Below are positions 34,739 to 44,371 of a stretch of DNA of 64,000 nt, piece by piece; the first letter of the stretch is position 1; each line of letters begins with the position of its first letter. This DNA comes from a virus. The position numbers and the translations under genes are program-made. The stretch covers positions 32,001 to 96,000 of IMG/VR virus record IMGVR_UViG_3300035670_000033; one strand, 5' to 3'. Under the pieces are notes generated by a model. The model ran no database searches. It had not been told where the DNA came from and worked only from the letters and a program-made list of their open reading frames with translations.

Positions 34739-36485
34739 TGTTTCTGTCCCACAGCATGTTGACAGGTTTCTTTCAAGGCTGAACGGTGTTCGCCCAACTA
34801 GTAACGGTTGGGAGGCTCGTTGCCCATGCCGCAACGATGACAATAACCCATCGCTTTCTGTCGGATTGGGTAACGAAGACAAAATTTTACTTACATGCCA
34901 TCGCGGTCAGGGTTGCTCTGTTGATCAGGTGTGTCAGTCGGTTGGTTTGAAATTGGCTGATCTTTATCCCGAGAAAAAAGAAGAACGAAAACTTTCACTA
35001 GTTGCTACATACGATTATCGCGACGAAAACGGAAAACTACTTTTTCAAAAACAGCGGTTCGTTGATCAGTGGGGGAAGAAAACTTTCCGACAGAGACGAC
35101 CCGACCCTGCAAATAAGGGTAAATACATTTTTTCCTTGGATGACACACCAAAAGTTTTGTATCGCTTGCCTGATGTTCTTCACGCCAAAAACAATGGGGA
35201 AGTAATTTGGCTCGTTGAAGGTGAAAAAGATGCAGACAATATGGTCGCCTTGGGCTTTTGTGCCACCACACCACCTAATGGTGCGGGTAAATGGCTTGAC
35301 ATACATACGCGCGCCTTGGAGGGCGCACAGGTATGGATTATTGCGGATAACGACAGTGTTGGCAGAGACCACGCCAAAATGGTCACCAAGACTTTGGAAC
35401 AAAATGGTTGCACAGTCGTTAGTTGGGTTCCACCGAATAACTTTAAGGATGTATCTGAACTTTTGGGTGCTGGTGGAACAATTGATGATCTAGTTGAAAT
35501 GAAAGACGCTGAGCCTTTGGCTGACATAGTTCAGCATGAGGAAGAGGAACAGCAAACAGATGCGATTGTTGAAGCGACAACGCCGTTGGTTGCGCTTGCA
35601 GAGAGACTTAATTCTTTGTTGATCAGGGAGGACATTTCCGAGAATGTTCGTCTAACGAAAGCATCAATGCTCATCGGTTCCTTTGGTCGTGAAGATGAAA
35701 TTGACAGGGGACGACTCGTCAACTGGTCTGAATTTTTGTTGGAGTCAGAGAACGAAGAATATGATTGGATCATCCCCAATGTTCTTGAACGAGGAGAGCG
35801 TGTAATCGTTGTAGCCGCTGAAGGTGTTGGCAAAACAATGCTTGCAAGACAGGTCGCGATTTGTAGTTCATTTGGCATCAACCCTTTCACTATGTCGCGC
35901 ATGAAGCCGATAAGAACTTTAACTATTGACCTTGAAAACCCTGAGCGAATTATTAGAAGAACATCTGCAAATATTATGGGCGCAGCACGCCATCTCGGAT
36001 ATTTGGATGGTGAACCTGAATGCCATATTTTGATCAAACCGTCAGGTGTTGATTTGATGCGTCCGTCGGATAGGTCAATTATTGAGGAAGCGGTTGAGAC
36101 CATCAAGCCTGATTTAATTTTGTTGGGTCCTATTTACAAATCTTTTGTTGATCCGGGTGGCAGGACTTCGGAATCAATCACTGTTGAAGTAGCGAAATAT
36201 TTTGACATGTTGCGTGATTATTACAACTGTTCGCTTTGGCTTGAACACCATGCCCCTTTGGGTACATCTTCCTCCACTAGGGATTTGCGACCGTTTGGTT
36301 CTGCCGTGTGGTCGCGCTGGCCGGAGTTTGGTCTGTCTTTGACTCCTGATCCAACGGCTGTGGGGGATTATGTTTATGATGTGCGACATTTCCGTGGCGC
36401 GCGAGATATACGGGAGTTCCCGACTAAAATGAGAAGAGGGAAAATCTTCCCATTTGAAGTTATTGAATTTATGAAAGCATCCTGA
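34731..36485 (+). CDS. Bifunctional primase (Zn-ribbon plus TOPRIM)/RecA-like AAA helicase
   Basis: RCPC..D..PSLS, LVEGEKDAD, IADND..G, AAEGVGKT. Confidence 0.9.
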   Translation: MSNVSVPQHVDRFLSRLNGVRPTSNGWEARCPCRNDDNNPSLSVGLGNEDKILLTCHRGQGCSVDQVCQSVGLKLADLYPEKKEERKLSLVATYDYRDENGKLLFQKQRFVDQWGKKTFRQRRPDPANKGKYIFSLDDTPKVLYRLPDVLHAKNNGEVIWLVEGEKDADNMVALGFCATTPPNGAGKWLDIHTRALEGAQVWIIADNDSVGRDHAKMVTKTLEQNGCTVVSWVPPNNFKDVSELLGAGGTIDDLVEMKDAEPLADIVQHEEEEQQTDAIVEATTPLVALAERLNSLLIREDISENVRLTKASMLIGSFGREDEIDRGRLVNWSEFLLESENEEYDWIIPNVLERGERVIVVAAEGVGKTMLARQVAICSSFGINPFTMSRMKPIRTLTIDLENPERIIRRTSANIMGAARHLGYLDGEPECHILIKPSGVDLMRPSDRSIIEEAVETIKPDLILLGPIYKSFVDPGGRTSESITVEVAKYFDMLRDYYNCSLWLEHHAPLGTSSSTRDLRPFGSAVWSRWPEFGLSLTPDPTAVGDYVYDVRHFRGARDIREFPTKMRRGKIFPFEVIEFMKAS

Positions 36486-36486
36486 C

Positions 36487-37137
36487 ATGGCTGAAAAAGG
36501 TTTAACTAGAGAATTCCTTGCCGAGCGTGACTTGCGTATTTTCAAGATGCGTCAGGCTGGTGTGCCAATCGCTGAGATTGCACGAAGGTTCGGGGTTGGC
36601 ACTTCTAATGTTTCTAACTCTATTCGCAGGCAACTTGGCAAGTTGAATCAAGAGGCTCTGCTTGCTTATCCTGAGGTTCTACAGATGGAACTTGAGCGGT
36701 TGGATGCGTTGCAGTCTGCGATCTGGCCGTTAACTCAGCACCGTAAACAGAAAATGGATGACGGCACAGAAGTTTCTATTGAGCCAGATATTAAGGCTGT
36801 TTCTACTGTGCTTTCCATTATTGATCGTCGCGCAAAGTTGCTTGGTATGGAACAAACAAATGTGAATGTTCAAATGGATGTTCGTGACACATCCCCGTTG
36901 CGTGCGGTGCTGGCTGGTGCGCCGGGTGTTGTTCAGGCTGAAAAGTTTGATTCCGAGGCTGAGGCGAAAAAACTTTTGATGTTGATGAGCGATGCGGGGA
37001 TTATGCCTCGTGAAACGATTAAAGAGTTGCTTGGTGATTTGTCTGCGTTGGGTGATGGCGAAGATGATATTCAGGACGCCGAAATAGTTGATGCCGACGA
37101 AACTGCTCTATCACAAAAAGAGATTGACACCATCTAA
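36487..37137 (+). CDS. HTH protein (sigma70-r4-like), possible terminase small subunit
   Basis: N-terminal HTH; ELERLDALQ..IWP...AV..VL.II.RRAKLLG. Confidence 0.6.
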   Translation: MAEKGLTREFLAERDLRIFKMRQAGVPIAEIARRFGVGTSNVSNSIRRQLGKLNQEALLAYPEVLQMELERLDALQSAIWPLTQHRKQKMDDGTEVSIEPDIKAVSTVLSIIDRRAKLLGMEQTNVNVQMDVRDTSPLRAVLAGAPGVVQAEKFDSEAEAKKLLMLMSDAGIMPRETIKELLGDLSALGDGEDDIQDAEIVDADETALSQKEIDTI

Positions 37138-37197
37138 TTTCATAAAACGATAGTTTCTTGCAGTTGATCGCTTGTAGAGATGGCATCATATATCTCT

Positions 37198-37353
37198 ATG
37201 ATTATCGCACTAATACTCACATTTACAGTTATTGTCTCCACTCATTTGTTCGTCATGGATTCCGTAGACAAGTTCAATGGCTACGGCGACGGTGGAGGAA
37301 GTTACCGCGAATGGATTGAGTTTGAAAAAGAGAAGAATTCAGTAGGTTTCTGA
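37198..37353 (+). CDS. Small membrane protein (51 aa)
   Basis: Hand-translated MIIALILTFTVIVSTHLFV... Confidence 0.45.
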   Translation: MIIALILTFTVIVSTHLFVMDSVDKFNGYGDGGGSYREWIEFEKEKNSVGF

Positions 37354-37402
37354 TTTTGGTTTTATAAATCACACCAAAAATCAGGTTTTAGGTTTTCTCC
37401 GA

Positions 37403-38035
37403 CTAGATATCGTCTCGGTAGAATATTTCAAAACCACAGTGCATTACTGCCGAAGCAAGTGTTCCAAAATATGTTTCTCTGTCTAGTGAATTGTCAATTG
37501 GCTCTTGATCTAGCCTCAGGGATGCTTTAAGTGCTGCTGGATACTCAATGTCTCTCATTGCTTTTCCGCCGTTAAACCAAAGAACATCACCGAAGTTCAC
37601 TTTTCTTCCCAGTTTCACCTTGTATGGCATTGCTACAAATATGTGTTGATCAACCGTGAGGTGTGTGAACGATATGCATTCTGTTACTGGTGAGTCTTTT
37701 GACGCAAACAGTTGTGCAAGGTTTTCTCCTTGTGTTTCTGCTGGGGACATAGAGCAGTAACCCTCGGCTGCAATCGTGAATTCGGTTATTCCCCAACCAC
37801 GGCGCATGATCACGGATGCCTCTATGAGTGATTCAATGCGCTCATCTTTTGGTGTAGAAAAAGTATTTTTGAGTTGAATTATTGTTGCCAACTCATTATT
37901 TTTCCACCCAAATATATTAATATTTAAATCTGAACCAATTCCTTCTTCTTCAATCAAAGAAGTTTTCGCGGTTTTTATTGACTCAGCGCACAACGCTATT
38001 TTGTCAAATTCCGTCTCATAGAAGCCTGTATACAT
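37403..38035 (-). CDS. Hypothetical protein
   Basis: 210-aa ORF. Confidence 0.75.
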   Translation of the reverse strand: MYTGFYETEFDKIALCAESIKTAKTSLIEEEGIGSDLNINIFGWKNNELATIIQLKNTFSTPKDERIESLIEASVIMRRGWGITEFTIAAEGYCSMSPAETQGENLAQLFASKDSPVTECISFTHLTVDQHIFVAMPYKVKLGRKVNFGDVLWFNGGKAMRDIEYPAALKASLRLDQEPIDNSLDRETYFGTLASAVMHCGFEIFYRDDI

Positions 38036-38117
38036 GTTAGGAAACCCTACTGCATATGCCCTCTTAAAAAATATAGGGGTTGCAGTTGATCGTAGTTTTT
38101 TGTACTAGGGTTTTTTT

Positions 38118-38435
38118 ATGTCATCAAAACAATCAAAGAAAACCAACAAGAAGAAGGCTCCTGTGTCCAACAAGAAGAAGGCTCCTGTCAAGAAGGCTGT
38201 AGCGAAGAAGGCTCCTGCAAAGAAGAAGACTTCCGCACCGAAAGCATCGGTCAGCGCAACATCCAAGAACTCTGATCTCCTTTTGACGAAAACGAGTGAA
38301 CCGAAGCCTCAGTTCGCCAGCGCAGATAAGTTAATGAAAACATTGGCTGAGCAGTCTTCTGTCGTTCGTGTAAATGATGTGAAATCTTTGCCTCTTCGCA
38401 AAAGAATGCTTGCGTGGTTTAAGATTTACAAGTAG
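38118..38435 (+). CDS. Lys/Ala-rich histone-H1-like basic protein
   Basis: KKAPVSNKKKAPVKKAVAKKAPAKKK; internal DNA tandem duplication. Confidence 0.65.
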   Translation: MSSKQSKKTNKKKAPVSNKKKAPVKKAVAKKAPAKKKTSAPKASVSATSKNSDLLLTKTSEPKPQFASADKLMKTLAEQSSVVRVNDVKSLPLRKRMLAWFKIYK

Positions 38436-38469
38436 TCTTATCCCCTGATGAGGGGTTCACGAAAGGACA

Positions 38470-39852
38470 ATGATGAGTGAGGCAAATAGCGGGCTGCCCT
38501 TGAATATTGACAAAAATATTCTTCTTGGTGATGTTCGCGAAACATTGGCTTCACTGGCGGACGGGAGTATTCACTGTGTTGTGACATCGCCTCCGTATTG
38601 GGGTTTGCGAGATTACGGAACAGCGACTTGGATTGGTGGCGATCCAAACTGCTCACACAAACGAGACAGCAAGTTCAGTGAGAGTTGCACAACTGGTCAA
38701 AAGTTGTTGGAAGGTGCTATCGGTGACGGCATCTACAAAGTTCAATGCCCTCGTTGTGGTGCAATGCGAGAAGACAGCCAACTCGGTTTAGAGCCGACAG
38801 TGGATGAATATGTTGAACACATGGTTCAAGTTTTTCGCGAGGTACGCAGGGTACTGAGAGATGATGGAACTCTCTGGTTGAATCTTGGTGATTCCTATGC
38901 TGGTAGTAATGGAAATGGATGGAAGCAAAGCATTGCTTCCACCAATGCTTCCAACGCTGGTGGAGAAAACGAAGATTTCAGAGCAAAAATAGGTCGCGAC
39001 GATGGTGATCTTAAACCAAAAGATTTGGTTGGTGTACCTTGGCGCGTAGCATTCGCGCTACAGGCGGATGGTTGGTATTTGCGTCAAGATATTATTTGGG
39101 CTAAACCAAACCCGATGCCCGAATCTGTTCGTGATAGATGCACCAAGGCACACGAATACATGTTTTTGTTGACAAAAAAGTCACATTATTTCTTTGATAG
39201 CGAAGCCATTAAAGAACCAGCAAAATATGCTTACGATGACAGGGGGTCTCGTGCGGATAGTCGTAAAGATGCAGGTATTTCAAACGCAATGCACGGGTCA
39301 ACTGGAGCCTTCAGGAACAAGAGGTCAGTATGGACTGTAACGACGAAACCATTCAAGGGAGCGCACTTCGCAACATTCCCACAGGATCTGATAGAGCCTT
39401 GTATCTCCGCTGGTACGAGCGAAATGGGATGCTGTGCTCAATGTGGGTCACCGTTGGTTCGGCAAGTGAACCGCAGGCGAATAGCCAGAAACGAACTATC
39501 AGTGGACGACCCTCGCTATCGTCCAAACAACTACGAAGGCGCGTATGGGGAAATAAATGGCAAGGGAGACGCAGGTTATTCTCAAACCGACACAATCGGG
39601 TGGGAAAAGGCTTGCAAATGCGAAACCGTTGAAACCGTTCCATGCACAGTTTTAGATGTGTTTTTTGGTGCTGGCACAACAGGTGTTGTAGCGCAAAAAT
39701 TGGGCAGATCGTATATGGGGTGCGAGTTAAACCCTGAGTATGCGAAAATTGCTACGGAAAGATTGGCTCATGAGAAAGAGAAAAATAGGCTTTTAGTTCT
39801 TGCGAGAGACAGCCAACAGTCTTTATTTGAGGTTACTTCTGACGCAGTTTAA
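38470..39852 (+). CDS. Site-specific DNA methyltransferase (N4C/N6A type) with two CxxC insertions
   Basis: VTSPPYWGLRDY, WLNLGDSY, IIWAKPNPMPES, HFATFP, VLDVFFGAGTTG. Confidence 0.93.
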   Translation: MMSEANSGLPLNIDKNILLGDVRETLASLADGSIHCVVTSPPYWGLRDYGTATWIGGDPNCSHKRDSKFSESCTTGQKLLEGAIGDGIYKVQCPRCGAMREDSQLGLEPTVDEYVEHMVQVFREVRRVLRDDGTLWLNLGDSYAGSNGNGWKQSIASTNASNAGGENEDFRAKIGRDDGDLKPKDLVGVPWRVAFALQADGWYLRQDIIWAKPNPMPESVRDRCTKAHEYMFLLTKKSHYFFDSEAIKEPAKYAYDDRGSRADSRKDAGISNAMHGSTGAFRNKRSVWTVTTKPFKGAHFATFPQDLIEPCISAGTSEMGCCAQCGSPLVRQVNRRRIARNELSVDDPRYRPNNYEGAYGEINGKGDAGYSQTDTIGWEKACKCETVETVPCTVLDVFFGAGTTGVVAQKLGRSYMGCELNPEYAKIATERLAHEKEKNRLLVLARDSQQSLFEVTSDAV

Positions 39853-39903
39853 ATGTTGTATCATTTATTCACATAGCAATTTCTTTGACTTGGAGGTCAA
39901 TCA

Positions 39904-40335
39904 ATGTCAGCATCAGCACCACTTCTTCTCCCAATGACCGTTAACGGCACTGTTGCAACAACTTCAACCGTTGTTGTTCGCACGCCAGTTGCAGGTCGTG
40001 TCCGAGCAATCACGGTTGCCGCAGGCACCGCACCTGTTGGTTCGGTTTTGAGTGGAACAGTTCGCAAAGCAACAGCAGCGGGAACAGTAATCGGAACTTG
40101 GTCAATCGCAGCATCTGCAACTTCGGCAGTAGCGACAATGTCCTCAACTGATGGTGCAGATGAACTTGCAGAAGACGATCTCGTTCACTTGGTTGTTGGC
40201 GCAGTTGGTTCGGGAACCGCTGGTGCAAACTTGACAGCATTGTTGCAAATTGACCAGTCGGCAGATCAAGACGGTTCGGATGTTGTTTCAGTAGCAACAC
40301 TTCGTGGCAGTCACCCAGGTGGCGTTGTAGCCTGA
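39904..40335 (+). CDS. Ala/Thr/Val-rich beta-strand protein, possible capsid decoration protein
   Basis: Composition and GGAGG RBS; function inferred. Confidence 0.55.
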   Translation: MSASAPLLLPMTVNGTVATTSTVVVRTPVAGRVRAITVAAGTAPVGSVLSGTVRKATAAGTVIGTWSIAASATSAVATMSSTDGADELAEDDLVHLVVGAVGSGTAGANLTALLQIDQSADQDGSDVVSVATLRGSHPGGVVA

Positions 40336-40368
40336 TAATTCAGTCAGTAAAAATTTAAACCCGACAAG

Positions 40369-40412
40369 TAGTTGATCCCCCACATCCGTGCAGGTCTGTG
40401 GGGGATCAACTA
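40369..40412. terminator. Bidirectional terminator hairpin
   Basis: 16-bp perfect arms TAGTTGATCCCCCACA between convergent genes. Confidence 0.85.
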
Positions 40413-40413
40413 T

Positions 40414-40779
40414 TTACGGGCGTAGAACTGTTATAGCAACTCTGTTGCTTGCTTGTTGAAGCAAAGAAATGGCATCTTGCTTGGTGTGAGATATACACCA
40501 TTCTGCTGTTTCTTTTCCTATTACCATTTCTAGATATTCACAGAAGAACCGTGCCCTTCCACACATGAAGGGTGCTACACCGCTTTCTTCTGCGTCTGTT
40601 ACCCCTTCGGCAAGAAGTTTTTCTTTAGCCCCACAGGCAAGAAGTATTGCCCCCCATAGGTCTACTTCTTTCGTGTATGGGTCGTATGTTGTGTGGTTTG
40701 AGAATCCGTGTTTCTCTATTGTTTCCGCAGCCCGTTCGTACACATCGTGAGCACCTAGTTCTTTTAAGGTTGGGAACAT
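40414..40779 (-). CDS. Hypothetical protein (DUF6197-like)
   Basis: DVYERAAETIEKHG...VDLWGAI pattern. Confidence 0.55.
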   Translation of the reverse strand: MFPTLKELGAHDVYERAAETIEKHGFSNHTTYDPYTKEVDLWGAILLACGAKEKLLAEGVTDAEESGVAPFMCGRARFFCEYLEMVIGKETAEWCISHTKQDAISLLQQASNRVAITVLRP

Positions 40780-41036
40780 TATTTTTTTGAGATACCTTTT
40801 TTATGACAAAGGTCAGCATATGCGTGATTCGGGCTTTCCCCTATACCGATTGACTGCTTGTACTCTTCGGTGAATAGATCAACGGCATCGCAGTCGTCAC
40901 CGTAAAAGTAATCAAGCATGGGTTCAGTGAATTCTTCGCATTCGGCGAATGCAAGCCACTTTCCACCCTCATATATCCCCCCATACCTCGCCTCCCTTAT
41001 GACGACGGGGTAGAGGGTGATAGGTTTTTGAGTCAT
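40779..41036 (-). CDS. Hypothetical protein
   Basis: ATG at 41036. Confidence 0.65.
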   Translation of the reverse strand: MTQKPITLYPVVIREARYGGIYEGGKWLAFAECEEFTEPMLDYFYGDDCDAVDLFTEEYKQSIGIGESPNHAYADLCHKKGISKK

Positions 41037-41037
41037 T

Positions 41038-42966
41038 TCACTTGATTGGGCATGCACCTGTAGCGCAGTTGTCAAGGTCAAGATCAAGACCTGTTGCCTG
41101 ACTTAAAGGAACTGATGTGTCCACTTTCTTTACGAGCGCATCGTATTCACTTTGTGTGATTTGCTCATATGGTGGCAACGGGAAGTTGTGGTCGGCATGC
41201 AGAAGGAACGAAACCGACTTGACGCCTGTGTCGTAGTTCTTGGACAACCATTCTTTGATTGATTCAAGTTCTTCCTTGCGGTAGTACACGGTCACCGAAA
41301 CGGCGTTGTCTGCCCATTCGGTTTGCATCTTTTTCACCCATTCAAGTTGCTCTACGGCAGTCATGTTTTCGGCGAGCACAGCGTTTTCTGGTGACTTGCA
41401 TGGGAACTCAACAACATAGCGTGTGTGGTCTTCCCGTCCGTCAATACCAATGTCCCAAACAACCTTATGTCCTCGTGCTCGCAAGCCCGCTACAAGGGCG
41501 TCAGACGCGCCAAAACGCACCCTACGGATGTAGAAAGGAGCAAATGCGGGATGAATGCCCGGAGTGATTCCGGGGAGCAAGGAGAGCGTCCCTGAAGGCT
41601 GAACGGTGGTCAACCTTACAGAACGAGGGAAACCTTTTTCCTTTGAATAGTTGACATCAAATTCGTCAAGGTTGCGATATGCCTCATCCAACCAAGAAAC
41701 CTGTTCCTCTGAAGCCTGTAGAACCCCAGAGACACTTTGTCCTAGGCGCGCATTTTTTGCAACAATCGTGTTTGTTTTTGCGTAAGGATAAGTGAGGCGT
41801 GTTATCTGTTTTTGAACCATGTAAAGCAGTTCCGAAAGTTCTTTGAACTGTTCAATACTGCAAATATTCGGCAAAAATATTGTTGAAAGATTGCATGACT
41901 CTCCGTCACCCAAACCAATTTCTGCGCAAGGATTAAATCCTTCAATAGTCTTGTCGGCGCGCTCTTCTTTGAGGCGTCCAAACTTCCTTGCGAGACGACG
42001 ATTCACCAAACCGTATGGTTCACCGCCACCCGTGTAACCCTTCCAGAGTTCTGGCATGATGTGGTCGTAGTAGTCGGCGTAGATGCTGTTGTTTGAGTTT
42101 GCTCGGTAACCCGGGATATCGCCCGATGCCCAGTTCTTTGCTCGCAAAAAGAGAACATCATCAGGGTCTCCAATTGCGATCTGTGCTGAGCGTCGTGATG
42201 AACCAGAAACCACTACACGACCAATGATGTTGCAAATGTCAAGAACATCAATTGAGCGGAGTTTCTTTCCTTCGCGTGCTTCCATGACTTTGCAAATGTC
42301 TGCGATTCCGTCAACTAGTGCACCGGGTCCGCTTGCTGTGCCACCAAATGTCTTGAGTGGTGCACCGAATTCGCGAATAAGGATCGTTGAATAGGAAAAA
42401 GATTTGCCTGTATCAAAATACGATTTCAGAACACTGTGCAGGAGTCGTCGCCAACCCTGACGGGAGTCAGGAACAATGATGTCTGCATCGTTTGAACGGT
42501 CATGCGTGATTTTCACATTAGGCAAAACTTTTGGCAGATCATGGATTTTTGCCCGCTCAACGGAGAACCCAACACCACCTCCAAGCATGAGGTGGTCAAA
42601 TAGGAATTCAAAATCCTCTACTTTTTCTATGTTTACGAAATAGCAGTTATTCAGTGAAGCGGCATTGAACTGTTTGATTAACGGTGTTCCAAGTTGCCAT
42701 AGGGCGCGTCCAGAGAATGATCCACGCAGGTGAAAAACATGGTCAAATAGTTTTTCTGCTTGTTCTTTTGTTAGTGGTGTTCCGATTTCAATTGCGCCAT
42801 TAACGCATCGTTGTACTGTTTCTAGCCATGTTTCGTTTCGGTTCAATTCTTCAATCCGACGCGAGTATGTGCGCAGGTAGACAACCTCCCCAAGACCGCT
42901 GAATCCCCAAGGTGGGGTTTGTGTTTTGTATTGGTCTACGAACTCTTGGGATAACAGCGAAGTCAT
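41038..42966 (-). CDS. nrdJ: Class II (adenosylcobalamin-dependent) monomeric ribonucleotide reductase
   Basis: VYLRTYSR, SLNNC, LMLGGGVG, RRSAQIA.G, NPCAEI, TTVQPSGTLS; ATG at 42966 preferred. Confidence 0.93.
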   Translation of the reverse strand: MTSLLSQEFVDQYKTQTPPWGFSGLGEVVYLRTYSRRIEELNRNETWLETVQRCVNGAIEIGTPLTKEQAEKLFDHVFHLRGSFSGRALWQLGTPLIKQFNAASLNNCYFVNIEKVEDFEFLFDHLMLGGGVGFSVERAKIHDLPKVLPNVKITHDRSNDADIIVPDSRQGWRRLLHSVLKSYFDTGKSFSYSTILIREFGAPLKTFGGTASGPGALVDGIADICKVMEAREGKKLRSIDVLDICNIIGRVVVSGSSRRSAQIAIGDPDDVLFLRAKNWASGDIPGYRANSNNSIYADYYDHIMPELWKGYTGGGEPYGLVNRRLARKFGRLKEERADKTIEGFNPCAEIGLGDGESCNLSTIFLPNICSIEQFKELSELLYMVQKQITRLTYPYAKTNTIVAKNARLGQSVSGVLQASEEQVSWLDEAYRNLDEFDVNYSKEKGFPRSVRLTTVQPSGTLSLLPGITPGIHPAFAPFYIRRVRFGASDALVAGLRARGHKVVWDIGIDGREDHTRYVVEFPCKSPENAVLAENMTAVEQLEWVKKMQTEWADNAVSVTVYYRKEELESIKEWLSKNYDTGVKSVSFLLHADHNFPLPPYEQITQSEYDALVKKVDTSVPLSQATGLDLDLDNCATGACPIK

Positions 42967-43040
42967 TAAATCCTCTTTCGGCGCACTAGGCAATATGGGT
43001 GGAGAACAATAGTACAGCACCAAGGATTTTCAGTAAAACC

Positions 43041-43340
43041 CTAATTACGGGTAAGGTTATATTTTCTTGCCTCAGATAACGGTATCACTTGACCGACAGC
43101 GAATTTGCGAACTTTGGCAAAAACGCCAGCAGAAATTTCTTCATCAACGAAAAAATCTTCTTCTATTCGGAATGTTTGCTTGTCATCAATTGATTTGAAT
43201 ATACCCAACCCAAACAGTCGTTCAGGAGGTTTGTGTCCTTCGGGCACACAGTTCCCGTTGGGGTCGCCACAGACTATGCAAGGCTCGGAAGTTGCTCGCA
43301 GAATTTCTATATCACCAAAAATATACTCAGGCATATGCAA
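43041..43340 (-). CDS. Hypothetical protein with CxxC motif
   Basis: CIVCGDPNGNC. Confidence 0.65.
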   Translation of the reverse strand: MHMPEYIFGDIEILRATSEPCIVCGDPNGNCVPEGHKPPERLFGLGIFKSIDDKQTFRIEEDFFVDEEISAGVFAKVRKFAVGQVIPLSEARKYNLTRN

Positions 43341-43365
43341 TTATACCTCTCCCCATCAAAGGAAA

Positions 43366-43389
43366 AAGGAGCGCCTTTCGGCGCTCCTT
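43366..43389 (-). terminator. Intrinsic terminator
   Basis: AAGGAGCGCC-TTTC-GGCGCTCCTT. Confidence 0.8.
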
Positions 43390-43429
43390 CCCTTCTATGC
43401 GAGGGGGCATAGACTGATTGCCCCAAAAG

Positions 43430-43672
43430 TTAGTTTTTGGGTGCGAACTTGTTTTCCAACTTCATTGCCTTCATTTCTTCTGCAAACAGTTCATCAAACT
43501 CTTCGCTATATCGGGTTTGTAGAACAAAAGATGCACGACGCTTTGCTTCATTGCGACGCTTTGCTTCAACTTTGCGCAGTTCGGCGCGACGAGCGCGCTC
43601 CTCTGCGGGTAGTGGCTTGCGTCCACGGCTAACCCCAAGTTTCTTTTTCAGTTGCTGATATGTTGTAGCCAT
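43430..43672 (-). CDS. Small basic hypothetical protein
   Basis: RGRKP motif, AGGAG RBS. Confidence 0.7.
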   Translation of the reverse strand: MATTYQQLKKKLGVSRGRKPLPAEERARRAELRKVEAKRRNEAKRRASFVLQTRYSEEFDELFAEEMKAMKLENKFAPKN

Positions 43673-43805
43673 ATTGGGCTCCTATTTCTGTCTAGTGGTT
43701 TATGTCTTCTTGAAAAGAGAGACTAACTAACATGTCGGAGAAAAACAACTTTTTATATAAAAAAACTTAAATATTTATCCCCCGTATTCTCGGGGTTTTG
43801 GCAGG

Positions 43806-43834
43806 TTGCCGAACACCATACATGGGGCTACACT
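43806..43834 (+). promoter_or_regulatory. Promoter TTGCCG-17-TACACT, leaderless
   Basis: -10 ends 6 nt before ATG 43841. Confidence 0.7.
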
Positions 43835-43840
43835 TACGGT

Positions 43841-44368
43841 ATGAGTAATATACCTACAAATACTAAAGAAAGCGAACATATGGAAACATCACTAATAGCC
43901 ATACCAACCGTCAGGAACCTACAAGAGGCACGAATCCAATGCCTTGAATATGACGCCGTGATCACCGCAGGACCGTTCAAGGACGAAGTGCGTGACTTCA
44001 ACCACCCCGTACATAAAGTGGTTGAATTCAGGGACACCATATTTGAAAGTAACGGCGGACCGACATTTGACGATGTTGTTGAACTAGTTGAATTCGGCGC
44101 TGGCGTCCCAAAACTGTTGGTTCACTGTCATGCAGGAATTTCACGCTCTACGGCTACAGCATGGGGCGTTGCAATAGCAAACGGCTTTGATCCACTTGAA
44201 GCATTTTTGACTTTACAAAAAAATCATCCCATTGAAAAAAGTTTCTACCGTGGTGCCCGACGCACTTTTGCGCCAAACACACTGATGGTTAAACATTTGG
44301 ATAAGTACTTCAATCTTGGTACAACCCTGTCAGAAATACGCGGCAACCATGTAGAAATGGGCTGGTAA
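43841..44368 (+). CDS. Protein tyrosine/dual-specificity phosphatase
   Basis: CX5R P-loop LLVHCHAGISRSTATA; FAPN. Confidence 0.88.
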   Translation: MSNIPTNTKESEHMETSLIAIPTVRNLQEARIQCLEYDAVITAGPFKDEVRDFNHPVHKVVEFRDTIFESNGGPTFDDVVELVEFGAGVPKLLVHCHAGISRSTATAWGVAIANGFDPLEAFLTLQKNHPIEKSFYRGARRTFAPNTLMVKHLDKYFNLGTTLSEIRGNHVEMGW

Positions 44369-44371
44369 TTC

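Noticed and set aside
41038-43023. Intein or intron in nrdJ or the helicases
   Set aside because: Protein lengths are normal, and no C/S...HN-C/S/T splice motifs or LAGLIDADG blocks were seen.
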